From contig OY762428.1 of assembly GCA_963665665.1 (NCBI GenBank), positions 2,976,001 to 3,040,000 of the forward strand: 64,000 nt of DNA, written 5' to 3'. A program made the position numbers and the translations under genes. This document shows positions 59,657-64,000 of this stretch, in pieces. The notes below the pieces were generated by a model. That model was not told the origin of the DNA and searched no databases. It saw only the letters and a program-made list of their open reading frames with translations. The number at the start of each line of letters is the position of its first letter. Position 1 is the stretch's first letter. Source of the stretch: Candidatus Kapaibacterium sp. GTDB taxonomy: Bacteria; Bacteroidota; Ignavibacteria; Kapaibacteriales; UBA2268.

Positions 59657-62600
59657 AAATCAAGAACCCTTTTGATTTCCTTTATAAACTGCTTCATGTT
59701 AAATGGTTTTTCAAGTCTTCCTTTGAATCCGAATTTTTTATAATTGGCTACTACCGGCTTGGTGGAATGACCACTGAATACAAGGGCTTTTACATCAGGA
59801 TCGTAGCTTCTTAATTCATTTAGTACGTCAAGTCCGTCTTTATCATAACCTTTCAGGGTCATATCAAGAATTACAAGTTCATAAGATTCACTGTTTAATG
59901 CATTTATATAATTGAACATAACTTTATCAGGGTTCGACAGGCAAGTCATATTAAGTTCCAGGTCCTCTGCAATTTCTTTCATATTTTCAATAATACTTTC
60001 ATCATCGTCAAGAAGTAGTATTTTTACCGGGCGGTCGAAACTCTCGAATTCAGCAGCCTTTTTAGTATCCGATTCCCCGGATACTACCATTGGAAGTAAT
60101 ATCGTAAATTTAGTTCCTTCGTCAATTTTCGATTCTACACTTATCCTTCCTCTATGTTTGCTGATAATATAAAATACTGATGCAAGCCCTAACCCGTGGC
60201 CTTTTTCCTTTGTTGTGAAAAACGGTGTGAATATTTCCTTTAGGTGTGATTTCGGAATTCCCATTCCCTCGTCGGATATTTCAATCCTGATATATTTTCC
60301 TTCTTTAAGCTTCGGGATTTCCGATTTGCCGAGTTGTATCATTGAAGTCCTGACAGACACTTTTCCGCCTCTTGGCATAGCCTGGTCGGCATTAATCAGC
60401 AGGTTTGTAAATACCTCGTTCAGTTGTTTTTCGTCCGCAAGAACAGGAGGTATCGAAATATCCAGATCATATTGTATATCAGACCTGGAACCGGACAAAG
60501 CCATTTCAGCGCTGTCTTTTATTGTTAAATTGATATTTGTTGTTGACAGTATAGGTTCGTCAGATTTAGAAAAGGTCTGGAACTTTGTTGCCAGGGCTGT
60601 AGCCTGTTCTATTGATTTTGCAATTTTATCTAAGTGTTTAATTACTCTTTCAGGTTTCATTTTCGCAAGTTCTACACTCATGGACATAGCCGTAAGCATA
60701 TTTTTAAAATTATGAGCAATTCCACCGGCCAGAATACCAAGGGATTCGAGCCGTGAAATTTTCTGAAGTTCAGCTTCGGATTTTTTCCTGTCGGTTACAT
60801 CAACAAACATAACGGCAACGTAATTTTGAGCTGTCTGGAAAGCATAAACTTCATAAAAACCTTTGATAATTTTATCATCATATTTAACATCTTCATAGTA
60901 CCATGGCTCGCCGGTTCTTGCCACATTTTTATAATGATCGGGCATATCTGTTTCAGCCAATGGCGGGAAGGCTTCGCCAATAGTTTTACCAATGAATTGT
61001 TTGCAATCAACCCCAAGTATTTTATTAGCAGTAGGGTTGTAATCAATAAAGTTCAGGCTGTCGTCCTGTTTTAACTCGTAGAGGAAAATACCCATTGGGG
61101 TATTATTTATTATGTTTTTAAGTTTCTGTTCACTTTCCCGCAATGCTTCCGCAGCATTCTTTTGGTCGGTAATATCTCTGAATTCAACTGCACGGGCTTT
61201 TATTCCTTTATATGGGATATTCCTGGCTTCAAGCCTGAGGGGATAAATTTCCCCGTCTTTTCTTATGCCTTCAACTTCATAAGGTTTCTCGTAACCGGAA
61301 AGAATTTTTTCCATAACATGATCACGCCAGTCGGGTGCTATCAGCAGCAGGCCATCCATTCCTGTCAGTTCATCAACAGAAAAGCCGCTCATTTCACTCA
61401 TTCCCATATTGCAGTCAAGAATTACACCTTTATCATGAATTGCAATTCCGCCGAAAGAAGCATTGTGCAGGGCTTTGAATCGGGTTTCGCTTTCCTCGGC
61501 TTTCTCTCGGGCATTTACAATTTCAGTTATATCTTCAAATGTTACGACTACTTCGTCAAGAGTCTTACCATCAGATGAGAATTTTGGCATTGAATTGATA
61601 TTAATCCACCGTATGGCATCCTGTTCCGGCAAATGTATCCCCATTTTCGAATCCCGGACAGCTTCAATTGTTTTCAAGGTTATCATTGCCGGATGAGTTT
61701 CGCCGGGATAAGGAGAACCATCTTCGTGGATTGAACGCCAACGGGGATCCATCGATGTTTTTCCGAAAAGCTGATCTTTTGTTAACCCCAGGATTTTGGA
61801 AGCAGAATTGTTGGCATAAATTATTTTTCCGGAAATGTCGTGATAAACAACTCCCTGTGTCATATTTTCGAACAGGAAGCGGTGTTTTTCTTCGCTTTGT
61901 ATCAGGGCTTCTTCGAATTGCTTTCTTTCCGACATATCAACATCAATACAAAATAATTCTTTGCCCTTACCCGGGATTTCCACAATAGCATGGCTTGAAT
62001 ATACATCAACATACGAGCCGTCTTTTCGTTTCAATGTCATTTCCGATGATGGAATGGGTTTTCCTGTTTCGTTCATTCCTTTAATAGCTGCTATGACTTC
62101 TTCCTGCATTTCTTCAGGAATAATCAGATCGAGCAGGTTTTTACCAATGGCTTCTTCCGGAGTATAGCCATATAATATTTCAGACGCCTTATTCCAGTAC
62201 ATGGTAGTTCCGTCAATCAGATAGCCCTGTACTGAAACATGATGTACATCCTGCAACAGGTTCCGGAAACGCATTTCACTTTGTTTTAATAATTCTTCTG
62301 CTTTTTTCCTTTCTGTTAAATCAATTCCAAGGCATGTAACATCAACAATTTCACCTTTGTTATCTTTTGTCAGAACATTTGCCCAAGAGATCATCCTTAA
62401 TTCACCGGATCTGGTAACTATCTCATTTTCGAAAGTTGAAAGTGCTGTAGTATCTTTCTGCTTTATAACAGTAAGAAAAACATCTTTAACCTTTTGAGAT
62501 ATTTCTTCCGGAATGAACATGTCAAACCAGTCACTGCCAATCACATCTTTTTCTTCCCACCCGGTAAGTTTCAGGAAGTGCCTGTTAGCAAAAGTAATTT

Positions 62601-64000
62601 TTGCCTGGCTGCTAAGGGCAATACCTATCTGAGGTGTATCCATAAGAATGTTACGCCATTTTCTTTCACTTTCCTGTAGTGCCTTTTCAGCTTTCTTTCT
62701 TTGCGAAATATCCCGGATAACTACCATTGTTCCTTTCGAGTCAGCAGATTCAAAAAGTGATCCGTTCAGCTCGCCGGCAAAAATTTCTCCGTTCTTCCTT
62801 TTCATATTTAATTCAATATTTCCGGTATTATTTCCGGATTCAAGGGATTTCCTGAAAGCTGAAACGGCATACTGAACAGAGGATTCTTCCAGAAATTCTG
62901 TGAAATGCCTGCCTATCATTTCATTCGGAGGACATTGAAACAGTTTAATCGAAGAGGGTGAGGCATAAGTTATTATTCCCTGGTTGTTGGTTAATGAGAT
63001 TAAATCTGAAGACTGTTCGGTGATAGACCGGAATTTTTTCTCGCTTTCAATTAGCGCATCTTCAGTTCTTCTTCGTTCGATAATTTCCCAGGCAAAATCA
63101 GCTAACTTCTGAATAGTATTAACGTCCCTGTTTGTATAATCTGAAATTTTATTGCCAACTCCGAGAATAGCTTTAACCTTGTTCTTCCTGATCACAGGAA
63201 CCAACAGTTCTCTTATAATATCCACATGCCCTTCCGGCATTCCTTTTTTATATTTCAGTGATTGATAATCATTGTGAACAACCGGCTTTTTTACTTTTAT
63301 GCAGTCCACCCAAACCCCGGCTTCGGATATGGGATAGTGTACCTTGTAATCAGAAATTTTGCAGTGATATTGTAATGTATTCCCTGACCAGGCCTGAATG
63401 GAAAGTGTTTCCTGATCGTCTTCCAAGAAATGATAGAATCCGATACTGCTGCCGGTAAGTTTTTCGGATTCTTCAAGAAATTTTTGCAGAAGTTCCTTTG
63501 TGGAATGGCCTGTTGCGTATTCTATCAGATTTAATTGTGCCAGCCTGATTCTCCTGTCATGCTTTTGCTCGCTGATATCAACAAATGACGCCATAATAGA
63601 AACAGGTTTGCCATCTTCATCATATATCATATTTGTGGATAGCTGGATGTCGAAAGTACTTCCATTCTGGTGTTTTGCAACCATTTCACCTGCCCATGAA
63701 CCACCCCTGAATAATTCCCTGACAATTTCTTCAGCTTTTTCCTGCTGCTCCCAGAACGACACTGAAGGTTTCCCGATAACCTCCTCCGATTCAGAATACC
63801 CCCACATTTTCAGGAAAGCTTCGTTAACATACACCAGGTTGGCGTTCAGGTCGCCAAACGCAATAGCATTATTCGAAGACGCAATAGCATTTTTATTTAT
63901 CTTCAAATCCCGTTCTGTCTGTTTTTGTTTTGTAATATCCTCACCGGAACTTAGGGTGCCAATAATAGTCCCGTTCCGGTCTTTTATTATTGTATTATGC
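59653..64000 (-). CDS. Multi-PAS/GAF hybrid sensor histidine kinase, 5'-partial
   Basis: Frame stays open to the window edge (HNTIIKDRNGTIIGTLSSGEDITKQK). Contains repeated PAS/PAC motifs, a GAF domain, LAGGIAHNFKN, NLLINADQAM, GHGLGL and a C-terminal REC. Confidence 0.92.
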   Translation of the reverse strand, partial: HNTIIKDRNGTIIGTLSSGEDITKQKQTERDLKINKNAIASSNNAIAFGDLNANLVYVNEAFLKMWGYSESEEVIGKPSVSFWEQQEKAEEIVRELFRGGSWAGEMVAKHQNGSTFDIQLSTNMIYDEDGKPVSIMASFVDISEQKHDRRIRLAQLNLIEYATGHSTKELLQKFLEESEKLTGSSIGFYHFLEDDQETLSIQAWSGNTLQYHCKISDYKVHYPISEAGVWVDCIKVKKPVVHNDYQSLKYKKGMPEGHVDIIRELLVPVIRKNKVKAILGVGNKISDYTNRDVNTIQKLADFAWEIIERRRTEDALIESEKKFRSITEQSSDLISLTNNQGIITYASPSSIKLFQCPPNEMIGRHFTEFLEESSVQYAVSAFRKSLESGNNTGNIELNMKRKNGEIFAGELNGSLFESADSKGTMVVIRDISQRKKAEKALQESERKWRNILMDTPQIGIALSSQAKITFANRHFLKLTGWEEKDVIGSDWFDMFIPEEISQKVKDVFLTVIKQKDTTALSTFENEIVTRSGELRMISWANVLTKDNKGEIVDVTCLGIDLTERKKAEELLKQSEMRFRNLLQDVHHVSVQGYLIDGTTMYWNKASEILYGYTPEEAIGKNLLDLIIPEEMQEEVIAAIKGMNETGKPIPSSEMTLKRKDGSYVDVYSSHAIVEIPGKGKELFCIDVDMSERKQFEEALIQSEEKHRFLFENMTQGVVYHDISGKIIYANNSASKILGLTKDQLFGKTSMDPRWRSIHEDGSPYPGETHPAMITLKTIEAVRDSKMGIHLPEQDAIRWININSMPKFSSDGKTLDEVVVTFEDITEIVNAREKAEESETRFKALHNASFGGIAIHDKGVILDCNMGMSEMSGFSVDELTGMDGLLLIAPDWRDHVMEKILSGYEKPYEVEGIRKDGEIYPLRLEARNIPYKGIKARAVEFRDITDQKNAAEALRESEQKLKNIINNTPMGIFLYELKQDDSLNFIDYNPTANKILGVDCKQFIGKTIGEAFPPLAETDMPDHYKNVARTGEPWYYEDVKYDDKIIKGFYEVYAFQTAQNYVAVMFVDVTDRKKSEAELQKISRLESLGILAGGIAHNFKNMLTAMSMSVELAKMKPERVIKHLDKIAKSIEQATALATKFQTFSKSDEPILSTTNINLTIKDSAEMALSGSRSDIQYDLDISIPPVLADEKQLNEVFTNLLINADQAMPRGGKVSVRTSMIQLGKSEIPKLKEGKYIRIEISDEGMGIPKSHLKEIFTPFFTTKEKGHGLGLASVFYIISKHRGRISVESKIDEGTKFTILLPMVVSGESDTKKAAEFESFDRPVKILLLDDDESIIENMKEIAEDLELNMTCLSNPDKVMFNYINALNSESYELVILDMTLKGYDKDGLDVLNELRSYDPDVKALVFSGHSTKPVVANYKKFGFKGRLEKPFNMKQFIKEIKRVLDL

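Overview
A 64-kb bacterial chromosomal window. The taxon is inferred as FCB group, probably Kapabacteria/Ignavibacteria-like, from three proteins with T9SS C-terminal sorting domains, a GWxTD protein, a mitochondrial-type aconitase and GGAG(G) ribosome-binding sites. Housekeeping genes include murF, lolC/E, secG, ispD, aconitase, menF-menD, DAHP synthase, three cyclophilins, and M16 and S9 peptidases. Signalling genes include a TonB receptor-YfiR-two hybrid kinase operon and a multi-PAS kinase. The main accessory features are: (1) a ~3.3-kb repeat mosaic after aconitase, in which two divergent 21-bp heptad arrays and REP-like hairpin modules keep an exact 21-bp register; (2) ~21-23-bp palindromic mini-insertions nested inside REP-like elements; (3) an island where a VapBC-type TA pair and a RhuM gene are interleaved with three pieces of one unannotated gene, two of which carry the same in-frame TGA, followed by a half ClpB; (4) tandem near-identical DUF4139 genes with an exchanged central segment; (5) an 8x17-bp VNTR and mini-ORF upstream of a Cys-rich protein and a T9SS Asp-box protein; (6) a ~200-bp MITE-like element in two copies. 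No rRNA, tRNA, CRISPR-cas, integrase or transposase was recognised. All calls come from motif reading by eye; no database searches were run.
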